DNA of 64,000 nucleotides from Octopus vulgaris (lineage: Eukaryota). The stretch's first letter is position 1. Every line of letters starts with the position of its first letter. This document shows, one piece after another, positions 28,201 through 43,332 of the stretch. Both the position numbers and the translations under genes were made by a program. The notes under the pieces are model-generated. The model made no database searches, was not told the origin of the DNA, and saw nothing but the letters and a program-made list of their open reading frames with translations. The stretch covers positions 93,062,001 through 93,126,000 of the forward strand of contig OX597818.1 of NCBI GenBank assembly GCA_951406725.2, given 5' to 3'.

Positions 28201-28761
28201 GAGTGAGAGAGCAGTGCATGCCATCAAAGTGACATTGGGGGTAAAATAAACGAAGCCCAGTATACCCATCATGACCACCCGTCAGATAAGGGTACACTAG
28301 GCACATGCATCACAACCATGTGTGCGCCGCGATATAGTGATCTCATATCAAGACAAACAGCACATGACCTTGCAGCTGGGGCCCAGTTAGAATTTTCTTC
28401 TGGTCGAGTAACCTATCCCGCTCAAAAGGTTATTGAATAAGGATTGTTTAAGGATGTTGAACGAAACACCCATGTTTCCAGAGGTGAATTATCCAAACTC
28501 CGAAGAATCCCTCTCAACACACAGCTATGATGCTCCCCCACTACTTCTGCTCACGATCAGAGATGCACATATCGTCAGCCACTAAGGCACATGCTCAACT
28601 GGTAAAGGTCAAACAACTGATAAGCAAATCTGAGGTATTGAGCAGAATATTTGCTGTAGCCCATCTTTTCTACCAAAACAAAACAATGTACATGATAACA
28701 CTTCCAATCAGTTAAGATCAGAAGCCATGAGAGCCACTGCCTGGTACTGCATCAGAGCATT
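28201..28761. mobile_element. non-coding dispersed element embedded in (ATT)n
   Basis: Unique-looking 560-bp block bounded on both sides by (ATT)n and abutting the R4/Dong-like element. Confidence 0.5.
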
Positions 28762-28780
28762 TATTATTATTATTATTATT

Positions 28781-30264
<1,484 letters not shown>

Positions 30265-30272
30265 CATCATTA

Positions 30273-30346
<74 letters not shown>

Positions 30347-30766
30347 CATCATCATTATTATTATTATTATTTTTACCCCGTATCGCGTCTCCCGAAAGCC
30401 ATCTTCTGAACTGCAAATGGAATATTAATGTCTTGTACAATCTGCTAGGACTACCGTCTCTCGTCTCAAAAACTGACACGCATATTTCTTGTTCGTATGT
30501 GCCCTCTAGCTATCTTTAGTTTCTTGACTCGCTGGCTCCCTGTCAGATTATACCACCGCAGCTTGTGCAGATGGGCCCGAAACGGTTGATTTCCTAGATG
30601 TATATTTTTCCTGTAAGCTTCTTTCCACATCGCACTTGGAAATTTACGGGCTTCAACTTTGATTCTCCGTTCAATTTAGATAAGTCCTATTGTTTACCTG
30701 AACATTTTAGGGTAACTTGTTAGGGTTATATCTACAGGTTTTGTATCGAAATTATAGCCAGCACTA

Positions 30767-31130
30767 GGCGGCGAGCTGGCTGAATCGTTAGCACGCCGGG
30801 GAAAACGCTTAGCGGTATTTCGTCTGCCGTTACGTTCTGAGTTCAAATTCCGCCAAGGTCGACTTTGCCTTTCATCCTTTCGGGGTCGATAAATTAAGTA
30901 CTAGTTACGCATTGGGGTCGATGTAATCGACTTAATCCGTTTGCCTGTCCTTGTTTGTCCTCTCTGTGTTTAGCCCCTTGTGGATAGCTAAGAAATAGGT
31001 ATTTCGTTTATCTTTACGTTCTGAGTTCAAATTCCGCCGAGGTCGATTTTGCCTTTCATCCTTTCGAGGTCGATAAATTAAGTATCAGTTGCGTACTGGA
31101 GTCGATCTAATCGACAGGCCTCCTCCCCAC
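30767..31130 (+). mobile_element. SINE family B with internal duplication
   Basis: GGCGGCGAGCTGGC...GAGTTCAAATTCC head. Core repeated twice. Confidence 0.85.
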
Positions 31131-31271
31131 AATTATACATATATATGTATACATACATCACACATAATGCATACATACATGCATGCATGAGTGCATGCAT
31201 ACATACATACTTACATACATGTATGCATACATACGTACATACATAAATACATACATACATACATACATACA

Positions 31272-31305
<34 letters not shown>

Positions 31306-31479
31306 CATATATGCATACATACATACATACATATATGCATACATACATACCAAGACAGTCCATTAACGTAAGCGTGTTTTCTAGAAATACAGTACATCGC
31401 CACAAGTGACTCATCACGGTGGGACCTATATATTTACCTCCTCACAATAGTAGTCAGGAGTTAAAAAATAATCTTGTAA

Positions 31480-31558
<79 letters not shown>

Positions 31559-31642
31559 TGTGTGCGTGCGTGAGTGCGTGTTACGTTTTAGTGCTTTAAG
31601 GTCCAATGTTAGCAGAAAGAGTAATTAATACTATGAGATTAA

Positions 31643-31770
31643 TAATATTTTAATTTTGGTCAAATCAGAGTGTATCGCTGCTCTAGAACTCTGGAGTTTT
31701 GCTTGTCATACAAGCGAAACTTCAGGAGTCCAGACTTGCAAGAGATTGACTCGACCAAAATAAAAATATC
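31643..31770. mobile_element. short palindromic MITE, related copy at 24370-24480
   Basis: ATTTTGGTC...CTGGAGTTTTGCTTG tcata CAAGCGAAACTTCAG...GACCAAAAT. Confidence 0.6.
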
Positions 31771-32301
31771 ATGTATACAAATTTAGAAGGTTGTTTGCTA
31801 TGGCCAAGAAGAGAGTGACCATTGGTTTCGCAGCTATAAAGCGCTTAGCTGTATAGGCGGTACGTCTGACTTAAATGGCTCGAGGCACATAACCTATCTA
31901 CAACTGGAGGGAGGAAAACGTCATGGTGAGTTAATTTTTTAAGCAAAACATCCGGAACAAAACTCTACTGGCAAAACCTGAGTGAGGTGGGGTTATCCCC
32001 CTTAAATCGGTTCCAGTTATGTCTACGATATCCTGTCAAAGATGTCTGACGATGGCAGCATTTCCCTAGTCAGCAAATGAGAAATTCCATGTTTCTAACA
32101 TGAATTTCCACTGATATGGGCACTTACTAAATATCTCTGTTTTAGAGTTTAAGAAGATCCACGGATCAAGTGAGTTTTCGCTTTGCCCGAGATTTGTTTG
32201 TTATGGCCGGTCAGAAAGTAACCGGTCATAATAAACAGCCTTCTAAACATTATTACTCTAATGTTTTAGAGTGTGCTCCTTTTCGGATACATAAGCTACT
32301 G

Positions 32302-32356
<55 letters not shown>

Positions 32357-32362
32357 CATACA

Positions 32363-32397
<35 letters not shown>

Positions 32398-33841
32398 TTG
32401 TGTGTGTGTGTATGCGCACGCACGCGCGCGCGGTGTGTGTGTGTGAAAACCATATATCTTCTATCTTTGTATTCTGTAAAATATTAACTCGTATCTTAAT
32501 CTATATGCAAGCTACATACGATCTGGGTCAGCCAATGATGCGGTAATGTTCTGACTCTGTCTTAAATATCTTTTAAGTGGCTTGATTATTTAAATCCCCC
32601 AAATCCAAAACAGTTTATAGGATTGAGAGGAAATGATGGTGCGCGCACGGACGGAATAACTTTTTTCACTAGTTAACACTACAATTTTCTGTTGTGGGGA
32701 GGGGTTACAGTGATGTGTACTGTCCATTTTCAGCTAATATCACATTGTGCAACCCTCTACTGGAGCTCCGTACAGCTTCATATAAATCAGATGTGATGAA
32801 GAGCCATTCAGAATTAAGTAAACTCTGCTTTCTCAGTCCTTTCGCCTTTTGTGCATATATGGGTTTTCAACTGCTGTCGACCTAGAACAGTTTGATCGTC
32901 GCCTCGTTTGATGCTCACAATGATGACGGAGAAGTTTTATTGTTCGTGGAAATGACACCACCTTATTACAAGAAATCTTTCCTCCTCTCTTTACTTCAAT
33001 CCTCAAAATCTTGCGGCGGATAGCCTTCCTAGAATTCAAATCAGAAATGTTTAAGTTTGAAAGCTAAACTATTTTGAGTAATTTTGGTTTCAAATTTTGG
33101 CCAGCAAGTTCGAAAGTGGGCGCGAGTCGATTATATCAACCCCAGTGTTCACCTGGTACTTATTTTTATCGACCTCGAAAGAATGAAAGGTAAAGTCGAC
33201 CTCGGCGGAATTCGAGCGCAGAACAAGAAGACGGACGAAATGCCGCTGAGCATTTTGCCCAGCGTGTTAATGATTCTGCCAGCTCGCCGCCTTTATATCG
33301 GGTGATATTGACCAGAGACAATTGCCGCTGATGTAAAATAATACTATACTAGTTGTTTTTTAAAAGTTTTGTGCTTATTCTACCGTCACCTTTTGTCGAA
33401 CCGCTAAGTTACAGAAATGAAAGCAAACATCGGTTGTCGAGCGGAAGGAGGACAAACACAAACATACATACATATATGCAAACATGCATGCATGCATACA
33501 TACATACATACATACATACATACATACATACATACATACATACATACATACATACATACGTACGTACGTAGTACATACATACGTACGTACGTAGTATATA
33601 CATACACACATACATATATGCAAACATACATGAAAACATACATACATAAATTCATACATACATACATATATGCAAACATACTTACATGCAAACATACATA
33701 CATATATACATACATACATACGTACGTACGTACGTAGTACATACATACACACATACATATATGCAAACATACATGAAAACATACATACATACATTCATAC
33801 ATACATACATATATGCAAACATACTTACATGCAAACATACA

Positions 33842-33875
<34 letters not shown>

Positions 33876-34481
33876 CAACCGACGTCCCCACAGTTACCGT
33901 CTATCAAATTCACTAACAAGGCATTAATCGGTCCGAGGTGATAATAGAAGACACTTGCCCCCAAAGCACCGTGTAGTGGGACTGAACCCCAAATAACATA
34001 GCCGCAAAGCGAGTTTCTTAACCAAATCACTCAGCCATGCCTGTGTCTTTGAACATTCTAGAACATCTTGGTACGCTTTCAAAAATACTGGAATTCAACT
34101 GTCTTGAAAGATTGCCCTGATTGCGGCCAATGGCTGTGTATCCACATTTAATCAGATAATTCTCATCCTTCAACTTTTCCTCTAAGACATTATTCCTGTT
34201 GTAAACGTCAACTACGTTCAAATTTATATAATATTCAGTTCTTATCTTTTGACATTTCATCGTTTCATGATTCATACACATAACCAGCATTTAACAAATT
34301 GTACATTATGTATATTATGCTGTGTTATTAATAAACACTGTTGAAGATAACTCTTTCTCTTATTAATTATTCAGCATGTTACATAACGCAACTATAACCT
34401 GACCGAACAGTAAAGGCGCCGTCATGATACACGGCACGTCATAAGCATTTAAATCTAGCTGCGGCCATTCCCCTTCAGATT

Positions 34482-34511
34482 AGACGATAATTGATCTCTG
34501 AGAGAGAGAGA

Positions 34512-34571
<60 letters not shown>

Positions 34572-34631
34572 AGCAGACAGACAGACAGACAGACGATAAT
34601 TGATCTCTGAGAGAGAGAGAGAGAGACAAGC

Positions 34632-34667
<36 letters not shown>

Positions 34668-34679
34668 GATAATTGATCT

Positions 34680-34753
<74 letters not shown>

Positions 34754-34790
34754 AGCAGACAGACAGACAGACAGACAGACAGAAAGACAG
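34482..34790. repeat. compound minisatellite: three units of GACGATAATTGATCTCT-(GA)n-CAAG-(CAGA)n
   Basis: Unit starts visible at about 34483, 34592 and 34665. Confidence 0.9.
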
Positions 34791-35147
34791 AGGTTCGCCT
34801 CCAATACAAAGTTCGGAAGGATGAAAGGTAACGATGACCTCGGCAGGTTTGAACCCAGACAGCGGAGAACCAGCAGAAACACCGAATGTCCGACGCTCTA
34901 ACAACTTTGCCAATTTCTTGTTCTGTATCAAGGATTGGTTGAGTGTGGAACTAGCAGTTCTCCATACCCTCTCTTCGCTCAAGAACGACAACTGTGAACA
35001 ATATACCTTTGATGAATTGATGAATGCAGTTTTGTACAGGGTTGCTCCTATATTTATTATAAATTCCTTATCCCCCCACCTCTCTCTCTCTCTTATTTTC
35101 GTAAACTAGTAAACTATTTCATTTAATATTGCTTTCATTATATCTTG

Positions 35148-35185
<38 letters not shown>

Positions 35186-35197
35186 CACGTATATATA

Positions 35198-35995
35198 CAG
35201 GGTGCGATGGGTAAATTGTCGGCGCATGCGTATTGTTTGCTTTTGATTTTGTCCACTATACAGTATTGTCGGTTCGGTTGGACACCGTCTGTAAGAAAAA
35301 CAGCACCATGATGCAATTCATTCTGCCAGAAATTTGGAATCGGCATACAGGGATGCTTGCCATTCGCGCCGGAAGCTCCAATACGAACATTTCAGCGTGT
35401 TTGGGTGTCAATCTGAGGACATGTACCAAGAGTGATAAAAATCAAACATCTAGTCAATGTCATGGTGTTTGGAGTGATCACTAGTGATGGCGACGTTATC
35501 CTCAATTCATCTTTCCATACAGCCTCAGACTTAACATGGAGACCTACATCAAGTTCCTGCTGGAAGATCCTATGTCTGGCAACAGGACTCTGCACTATGT
35601 CACACAAGCAGGAGAACCCAGTCATGGCTGTCACACAATTTCTGCGACTACATTACCCCTAACATCTGGCCACCTAACTCCCCAGATTGCAACCCCCTTG
35701 ATTATTACGTGTGAGGCACAGTTGAGCGAGAGACCAATTCTTTGTAACACCACAGATGAGCTGAAGGTAAGGATTATGACAGCATTCACCAACTTAAACA
35801 AGGAGACCGTCCAGATGAGTTGCAGGAGATTCCGAAGTCGCGGTTGAAGCCAATGGCGATTTTATTGAATAAATTTACTCTTTAGTATTTCAAGACATTT
35901 AAAAATAATTTTGGTAAATATATCTGTTAAAATGGGATGTCAGTGTTATTTTCATTTTTGCATAATTTAGATGACAGTTTATTCACTGCACCCTG
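35198..35995 (+). mobile_element. Tc1/mariner internal-deletion derivative
   Basis: TA-flanked TIRs CAGGGTGCGATGGGTAAATTGTC / GACAGTTTATTCACTGCACCCTG. Transposase relics VMVFGVITSDG and WPPNSPDCNPLDY. Confidence 0.85.
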
Positions 35996-36211
35996 TATAT
36001 ATATAATTTATTTGTCTTATATGATTATATGTCTATATATGTATGTGCATGTGCGTACATACACATTGAAAAATCACAGTCTTTGTGTACAGCTATTACA
36101 ATAGACATCCGCATAAAGGTACATACATACATACATACATACATACATACATACATACATACATACATACATACATACATACATAAATACATACATACAT
36201 ACATACATACA

Positions 36212-36240
<29 letters not shown>

Positions 36241-36242
<2 letters not shown>

Positions 36243-36898
36243 TCGCATCACACTTTGAAGGCTATGTGCTTGCAATCCAGGAACAGGAGATTGCCAGAAA
36301 GCACCTGGTGAACAAGAGAGGCAGTGACGCCCTTGCAGTCCCTAGGTGCAACCGCATGCGTAGGCTATGTTATGTTTCTGTGGAAGACATTTGATTAGCA
36401 GCTGTCTTGAAATGTCATCAAGATACTACTTCCCTATGCGGCACGATGTTGTTGCTAAAACAATTTACAATGCCATCCACAAAATAGACTGTCCTGAAAT
36501 AAACTTAGAAAATCCCTCCGTTATGGATTACATTCATAAACACCAACTCAAGGAATACTGGTGGAATATGCCCATTAAAACTTCTGTCAAATGTAAGCAT
36601 AACAGGCCGGATATTGTTGTTTGGGACAGAGGGGCAAAGGTATGTACCATCATAGAGGTTAGCTGCCTTGCAGATATAAATATCTCTTTGAAAATCAAAG
36701 AAAAAGAGGATATCGACCGGCTAATTTGTACATTACAAGTGCAATCTGTGAGTGGAACAGTAAAAATATGCAAGACTTTCTCAAGTACCAAATGTGAATT
36801 TTTCTGTGTTAACTACATCCCAAAGATGGAGCCTTGTATCTCTGTTGGAAACCGACCCCCTCCTCAGTGGAAGATCTATAATAATTAAAAAATAGGAG
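36241..36898 (+). mobile_element. R4/Dong-like RLE retrotransposon 3' fragment inserted in (CATA)n
   Basis: EGYVLAIQEQ...RLC...HLISSC, RHDVVAK, HNRPDIVVWD, IIEVSC. (CATA)n on both sides. Confidence 0.8.
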
Positions 36899-36928
36899 AC
36901 ATACATACATTAATGCGTATATACATAC

Positions 36929-36989
<61 letters not shown>

Positions 36990-37009
36990 TTTATAAACAT
37001 ATATATACA

Positions 37010-37057
<48 letters not shown>

Positions 37058-38374
37058 CACACAGAAGCACACACGCAGACACGCGTACACATATACATGT
37101 GTGTGTGCGTGTATGTATAGATATATGTATATGTAGGTATATGTGTATGTAAGTGTATGTTTATATATGTATATGTATATATATATATATTGAGAGAAGG
37201 AGATGAATCAAATTGACTTTTAGTGAATAACTGTTGTTAATTGTTAAATTACAGTTTGCAGTAGAAAATTACCCTTTTCTATAAAGCCTCCTATCAACTA
37301 GTATTGTTCTTGTTCCACTTATACCACCCCTCATTGGAGAATTAAGGGCTTAATCAGACGATGACGATCGGAAGACATTGTAGGTTCTCACTAAATTGTA
37401 CGGAGGAATCATATTTCCGTTACGAGGCGAGGACAGCCTGATAATGAAATACTTGGAGATGTAGAAAGCTGGTAAAGATGAGATAAGTTCTCATGTGAAT
37501 AATTGTCTCTTGTTGATTATTAAATTGTTAATGATTATATTACACAGTCTGCAGAAAACATTTGGCATATTTTATAGAATTGATAAAATCAGAGAAGGGA
37601 ATTAGCACATATCATCTGTAGACCTTTTCCTCTGCAAACTCTACGCTAGGCATTTATACTTAGCTGTTCAATAGCCAAATTTTTCCCTCTTACCCAGGAT
37701 CTCAGTTTCAACAGCCCTTCTGTCTTGTACCATATAGACAGCCCCATTGCCACCAACAACATGCCTTCTCGTCCCTAAGAATGTGAGGATTGCCTGACAA
37801 ACGTTGGGTTCCTCCCCATGGAGGCTTGTGATATCATAGCTGTAGTAACGGTGATCTATCTTGGATTTTGGGCAGTTCGAAATTATGTTACAAACTAAGA
37901 GTTGTCCTAATTGCACGGAGCAGAGGTAAATTTCAGAAACATTGAATTAAAGCTGAAACGGGGTAGAGGGAACACTTCAGATCAAGAAAACTGCCTTCTT
38001 CCTGTCGGCGACAAGATAAAATAAACCCAGTTCAGACAGGAAAGTATTTAGTAGCAAGGAAAGCATCCAAACCAAGCCAAAATCTTGACAGTCACAAACA
38101 CAACAATAAACCCTAATTGCGAATACAATACTTAAATCAAACATGTTGGTCATTTCTCGGTATTTGAAGGGCCATTGGAACAATGCTTCAGTTTTTTTAT
38201 AGTCCGGGCTTCTACCTAAAAACAGCAAAAAGTACATTTGCCATTGTCAAGCTGAAATTAATATATTATAAGCACTCTAAGCAGCGACAATTAAGATTAA
38301 GATGTGTATACTTATATTTAGAACGCTCATATTTACTCGAATGTAGAGAGATGTCTGCGCTAAACGTCATCGAA

Positions 38375-38419
38375 CTGCTAAGCACGTGTTTCAAAGTGAG
38401 TGCGCTTCCTTAGTTACAG
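38375..38419 (-). ncRNA. degenerate minimal hammerhead motif, same family as 39735/40664
   Basis: cuguaa-CUAAGGA-agcgcacucacuuu-GAAA-CACGUG-cu-uagcag. Core mutated, probably inactive. Confidence 0.4.
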
Positions 38420-38486
38420 GTACCACCCAGCCGGAACTTCTGTTCCTTGAAGCAGTGTCTGTCACTGCTTCGTATACTGGTAGAAT

Positions 38487-39481
38487 TTGAAACTTCGTAT
38501 ACTGGTAGAATGTGTCAAAAGAAAACATTATTGTAAACAAAATTGAAAACAAAATTGTAATTTGTAAGTTTATCGTAGTTTAATTCTTCGAATTTTAACC
38601 AATGAAATCTCAGCATTTGAGCTCAATTCATTTGCTGCGTCTAAGTAAACAGCACATACACACGTGTTATTCACCCTTCTCACTTCTGTCTTCGGCATGT
38701 GCTAGAAATAATCGATGAATTTCGTCGCCCAATAAAAATATTAACGATATTTTTTGGACTTTTAAAACATGTTCGTATTCGTTCTGCTTTCGCAGGACTT
38801 CAATTTTTTTTTGCGGTTTCCACGCATTGTCTTGTTATTTCCTATAACGTCATGCCTAACGCACCTCTTACATACTTCACACGCACACACATACACAACA
38901 AACACACACACATACACAACAAAAACACACACACACATACACAAAAACACACACACACATACACAACAAACACACACACACACACACATACACAAAAAAA
39001 TACACACACGCACACACATACACAACAAAAACACACACACACACACAGGTAATCGTTCCGTAAGTCAGGGATGACATTGAAATAAACATGGGAGAAGCCT
39101 TTCGGTAAAAAAAAATAAAGAAAATATTCAAAAAATATCGTTAATATTTTTATTGGGCGACGAAATTCATCGATTTAAGAGATATAGCTGTTATTTCTAG
39201 CACATGCAGAAGACAGAAGACAGAAGACAGAAGTGAGAAGGATGAATAATACGTGTGCGTGTGTGTGTGCTGTTTACTTACACGCAGCAAATGAATTGAG
39301 CTCAAATGCTGGGATTTCATTGGTTAAAATTCGAAGAATTAAACTACGTTAAACTTACAAATTACAATTTTGTTTTCAGTTTTGTTTACATTAATGTTTC
39401 CTTTTGACATATTCTACCAGTATACGAAGTTTCAATTTTTTTAGTAAACTAGAAAATTCCGTCCATCAAAAAGAAAAGATC
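38487..39481. mobile_element. foldback element with ~270-300-bp inverted arms around a CA-rich spacer
   Basis: 38487-38757 is mirrored by 39128-39435. Shares TTGAAACTTCGTATACTGGT with the 21790 element. Confidence 0.85.
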
Positions 39482-39734
39482 TATTTTTTCTTCTACAGAA
39501 GGAAGAGCAAACCTTCTTCTATCATACTCTCAATTTTGGTCAACTTGTGCCGCAGGATCTCGGAGGAGATAGTGTTAGTTGAAGGCTACCAAACCTGCCA
39601 TACACAGACAACTTCAGCTTTATATATATAAATTCCAGCTTGACAAAGCCTCGGCACACGTTACCAAATGTATTTTTTATTGTTTTCATATAGGAACGAA
39701 AGTTTCAAGTCTCTATAAACAACTGAGTTAAAGT

Positions 39735-39779
39735 CTGTCGCCGAGGAAGCACTATCATGTTGAAACACGTGTCTAGCAG
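39735..39779 (+). ncRNA. minimal type I hammerhead motif (PLE-type, palindromic stem III)
   Basis: cugucg-CCGAGGA-AGCA cuauca UGUU-GAAA-CACGUG-UC-uagcag. U4C core variant. Confidence 0.6.
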
Positions 39780-40324
39780 CCCCAGCCCTAGCTGTTTCCC
39801 TTTGCTAGTATGAAGACAAACATGACGGGACTGAAAGAACAGAACAGAAAGTTCAGTTGTTATAGCTTTTATAACATGAATCACTTACCATTTTTTTTTT
39901 TTTTGAAATACAAGTCAAATATTTCACACCAAAATTTACAATAAAAAAAAGATAGGTTTTCTTATGCACCAAGACGACTTTAGAGGACAAAACATTTGTA
40001 GGAAGTGAGGTTGGCACTGGTTGGGTGCCGCACAATCCCTTACATAGTTGTAGAAAGGAAAATAGCGGGAACAAGAATCTCCGAACAAATAACAATAATA
40101 ACTTATTTCGCCGAAATAAGCATTTCATCTCTGGACATCGGTAGCCTGGTCGCCCTGGGGTGGAAACAGCAGAGTCGGTTGAATCACAATTGTGAAGGCA
40201 TTCTTCACAGATTCGCCTAAGTCGCGGATTGCCTACACACGGAGCTTGTCTGGTTGTGTCTAGCTCAGTCGGCGGCAGGAGCGAAGAGAGAGAATAATGG
40301 TCAAACCTTACTTGCTGCTGATGA

Positions 40325-40410
40325 CTGCGCATGCGCATAAGGGACTTTCGGCAGGCCTTCCGGAAGACTAATCCTTGCGCATGCGTGGATGAAAATCCCA
40401 AAATGGCGTC
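40325..40410. promoter_or_regulatory. CpG-rich promoter-like motif cluster (NRF1 x2, ETS, YY1)
   Basis: TGCGCATGCGCA (40326), TTCCGGAAG (40358), TGCGCATGCGT (40376), CAAAATGGCG (40399). Confidence 0.5.
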
Positions 40411-40663
40411 TGGAACCAGGCGTCACTACACATTTTATGTGAAATGCGACAGGATTTGGAAAGATAGTGACGGTTTTTGAACGTTTACATAAGTTTACAT
40501 CATATTCTACGTCGACTTGTATACTGGAAAGCTAGAAAGTGGAGAAGGTAATGCAGCAGAGAGCAATAGGGGCCAGTCTCCACAGCACCATCGGTTACAG
40601 TTCAGACGTCACCAGCTACACCATCAATTGCAGTTCCAAGAATGGTTGGAAAACACGCTGGGG

Positions 40664-40708
40664 CTGCTAGACACGTGTTTCAACATGATAGTGCTTCCTC
40701 GGCGACAG
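40664..40708 (-). ncRNA. identical hammerhead motif in inverted orientation
   Basis: Part of a perfect 58-bp inverted repeat, 39729-39786 / 40657-40714. Confidence 0.6.
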
Positions 40709-41260
40709 ACTTTACTCTCAGTCTCAGAAGCGAACGATGATGAGCCCAGTAACGTAACTAGGTGGTGGGGAGGGTGATGTGGTGGATCACCTCGGGCGGG
40801 ACTGTCGTGAGAGTGACACTTTTGGGCCGGCTATATAAGCCTGTATAGGGGTGGGGTCGGCAAACTCAAGAGCTGCCTCGGATGGAGGAGTCAAGCTACA
40901 CTGGACAACGCCCCATCCTAACAACAATACAACCCAATTATCTCGTGGTTTTAAATGAAGGAAAAGCAAGAAGGCTAACCTACATGAGAGACCATCAAAG
41001 GCAAAAAACAAAACAAAAACAAAGAACGCTAGGAGACAAATTTTAAGAAAAAAGAATGCCCTAATAAAGAAGGTGACACGAAATTTCAAAGTTTGACGAA
41101 ATTAGTTTTTACAGGGCTTCATACAGGAAATAAAGGTTAATGAACAATCTAAAAGATTGACATCAACAATTTCTTCCCACGATTTCACTATGTGTGTCTC
41201 TGTGTATGCACGCATGTGTGTGCGTGTGTGTGAGCATCATATTTATATATTGATAGATAT

Positions 41261-41356
<96 letters not shown>

Positions 41357-41357
<1 letters not shown>

Positions 41358-41632
41358 GAGGCGCAATGGCCTAGTGGTTAGGGCAGCGGACTTGCGGTCG
41401 TAGGATCGCGGTTTCGATTCCCAGACTGGGCGTTGTGAGTGTTTATTGAGCGAAAACACCTAAAGCTCCACGAGGCTCCGGCAGGGAGTGGTGGCGATCC
41501 CTGCTGTACTCTTTCGCCACAACTTTCTCTCACTCTTTCTTCTGTTGGCCTGCTAAAACAATGCGAAGCGCATTGTGACCAGCGATGTGTAACAACATCT
41601 GATGGCCTGGTCGGTCACGGTGATCACGGTGA
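41357..41632 (+). mobile_element. tRNA-derived SINE family D
   Basis: GGAGGCGCAATGGCCTAGTGGTTAG...GGTTTCGATTCCC head. Reverse copy at 44150-44503, partial copy at 48800-49045. Confidence 0.85.
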
Positions 41633-42711
41633 TATATATATTCATATTCATGAATATGCATACACACAGGTACACGCATATACATGTAATACAAAATACA
41701 TAATATCGTTTGTGTGTGTGTGTGTGTGTGTGTATGAAGGCGCGTAGCTTAGTGGTTAGGGTATTCAGCTCAGGATCATAAGGTCGCGAGTTCGATTCCC
41801 GGTGGTGCGTCCTGTCTTTGATATTTCACCATGATCTAGTATATTTCACAGTATATTTCACCATGATCTAGATCATGCAAGTGTCAAAATCACTTGTATC
41901 TGTAATTAAAAAGTCCATCCTTGTCACATTGTGTCTCGCTGAGCTCCTGTGGGGTACTCAGCCACTTGCTAGTTAAACTCACAAGCATACTGTTCTCGGT
42001 TCAATAGAAAACTCTTCGTCGTAACCGAGGGAGGGCCAGTTATGTGAGTGTGTGTATATAAATACTGTATACATACATACATACATACATACATACATAC
42101 ATACATACATACATACATACATACATACATACATACATACATGTGTGTGTATGAATGTATGTATATATGCGTATACAAATAACACATATGTTTTAAAAGC
42201 TGAAAACGAAACTATTTCATCCTGGAACTAAGGTTAACATGAGGTTAGATACAAAGTAAATTTTATAGCCATATAAAGTTTCAACATCTCCCCTTCACTT
42301 TCGTTTTGTATCTAAAACCCTAGTAAAAATAAAGAAATAAGGTAGCTACGCATAAATTAATTCTGATCGCTTCGGCCCACAAGATCCTGAACGAATGTGC
42401 ATAGCAGAATATTGCAAGTTGCATATACAACTGCACATTCTCTAGTAACGTGGAGTCGCGTGGCTTAGTGGTTAGGGCGTCAGCACCATGATCGTAAGAT
42501 TGTGGTTTCGATTCCTGGACCGGGCGACGCGTTGTGTTCTTGAGCAAAACACTTCATTTCACGTTGCTCCAGTCCACTCAGCTGGCAAAAATGAGTAACG
42601 CTGTGATGGACTGGCGTCCCGTCCAGCTGGGGAACACATACGCCATAGAAACCGAGCCCATTAGCCTGGCTAGGCTTTAAAAGGGCGCATTTATTTTATT
42701 TTTTTAATGCT

Positions 42712-43099
42712 GTACGTGCAAACGCCCCCGGTCTAACGGAAGGTGCTGAGTTGTCAAATATTTAAACCAAATTTTCTCAAAACAACTTGCCCGACCGTCC
42801 CATAGGCCTCCCCTCTGAGAAACACTGATTTAACCTAAATTTGAGACACCGTGCATTTTTCTCGCGTACGCGTAGTATCGACTGCAATAGCCGATGTACT
42901 TGCGCGTACAAATGCACGTTCCCACGGCTTTATCGATCGCATTCTCACCTGGAATTGATTTTTGTAAATTTTTCAAGACTTATACACACCCTGATACCGT
43001 CGGTACCTACATATCAAATTTGAGCGCAATCGGATGGAGGATGCCCGAGATCCTAGAAGACACACACACAGACAGACCGAACGGATTTTATATAATAGA
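42712..43099 (-). mobile_element. Helitron-like non-autonomous element (3' end not found)
   Basis: 5' A|TCTATTATATAAAATCCG followed by a (TCTG)/(TG) microsatellite. Homologous to 25822-26368. Confidence 0.6.
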
Positions 43100-43301
43100 T
43101 GATTAACAGTTGAAATTAAAAGAAAAATTTGAAGATGTACCAGTCCCAGTTGGCTACGCCACGAGCAGCCTTCAGTTTATTCTGTCTAAATGGAATTTTC
43201 AGCCCAATATTTATATGCTGCCATTTATAGCTTTTTGGGTGTGCTTCGAGATATATATTCCCAAAAAGAATTATTTTACCTTCTCTTGTACACACGCACA
43301 C

Positions 43302-43332
<31 letters not shown>

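Noticed and set aside
34482-34790. Repeat-spacer pattern resembling a CRISPR array
   Set aside because: The spacers are microsatellites, there are no cas genes, and the context is eukaryotic.
40318-40410. CUGAUGA-long hairpin-GAAA as a hammerhead
   Set aside because: Stem II is not flush with GAAA and there is no credible stem III or stem I. The hairpin is explained by two palindromic NRF1-like motifs.
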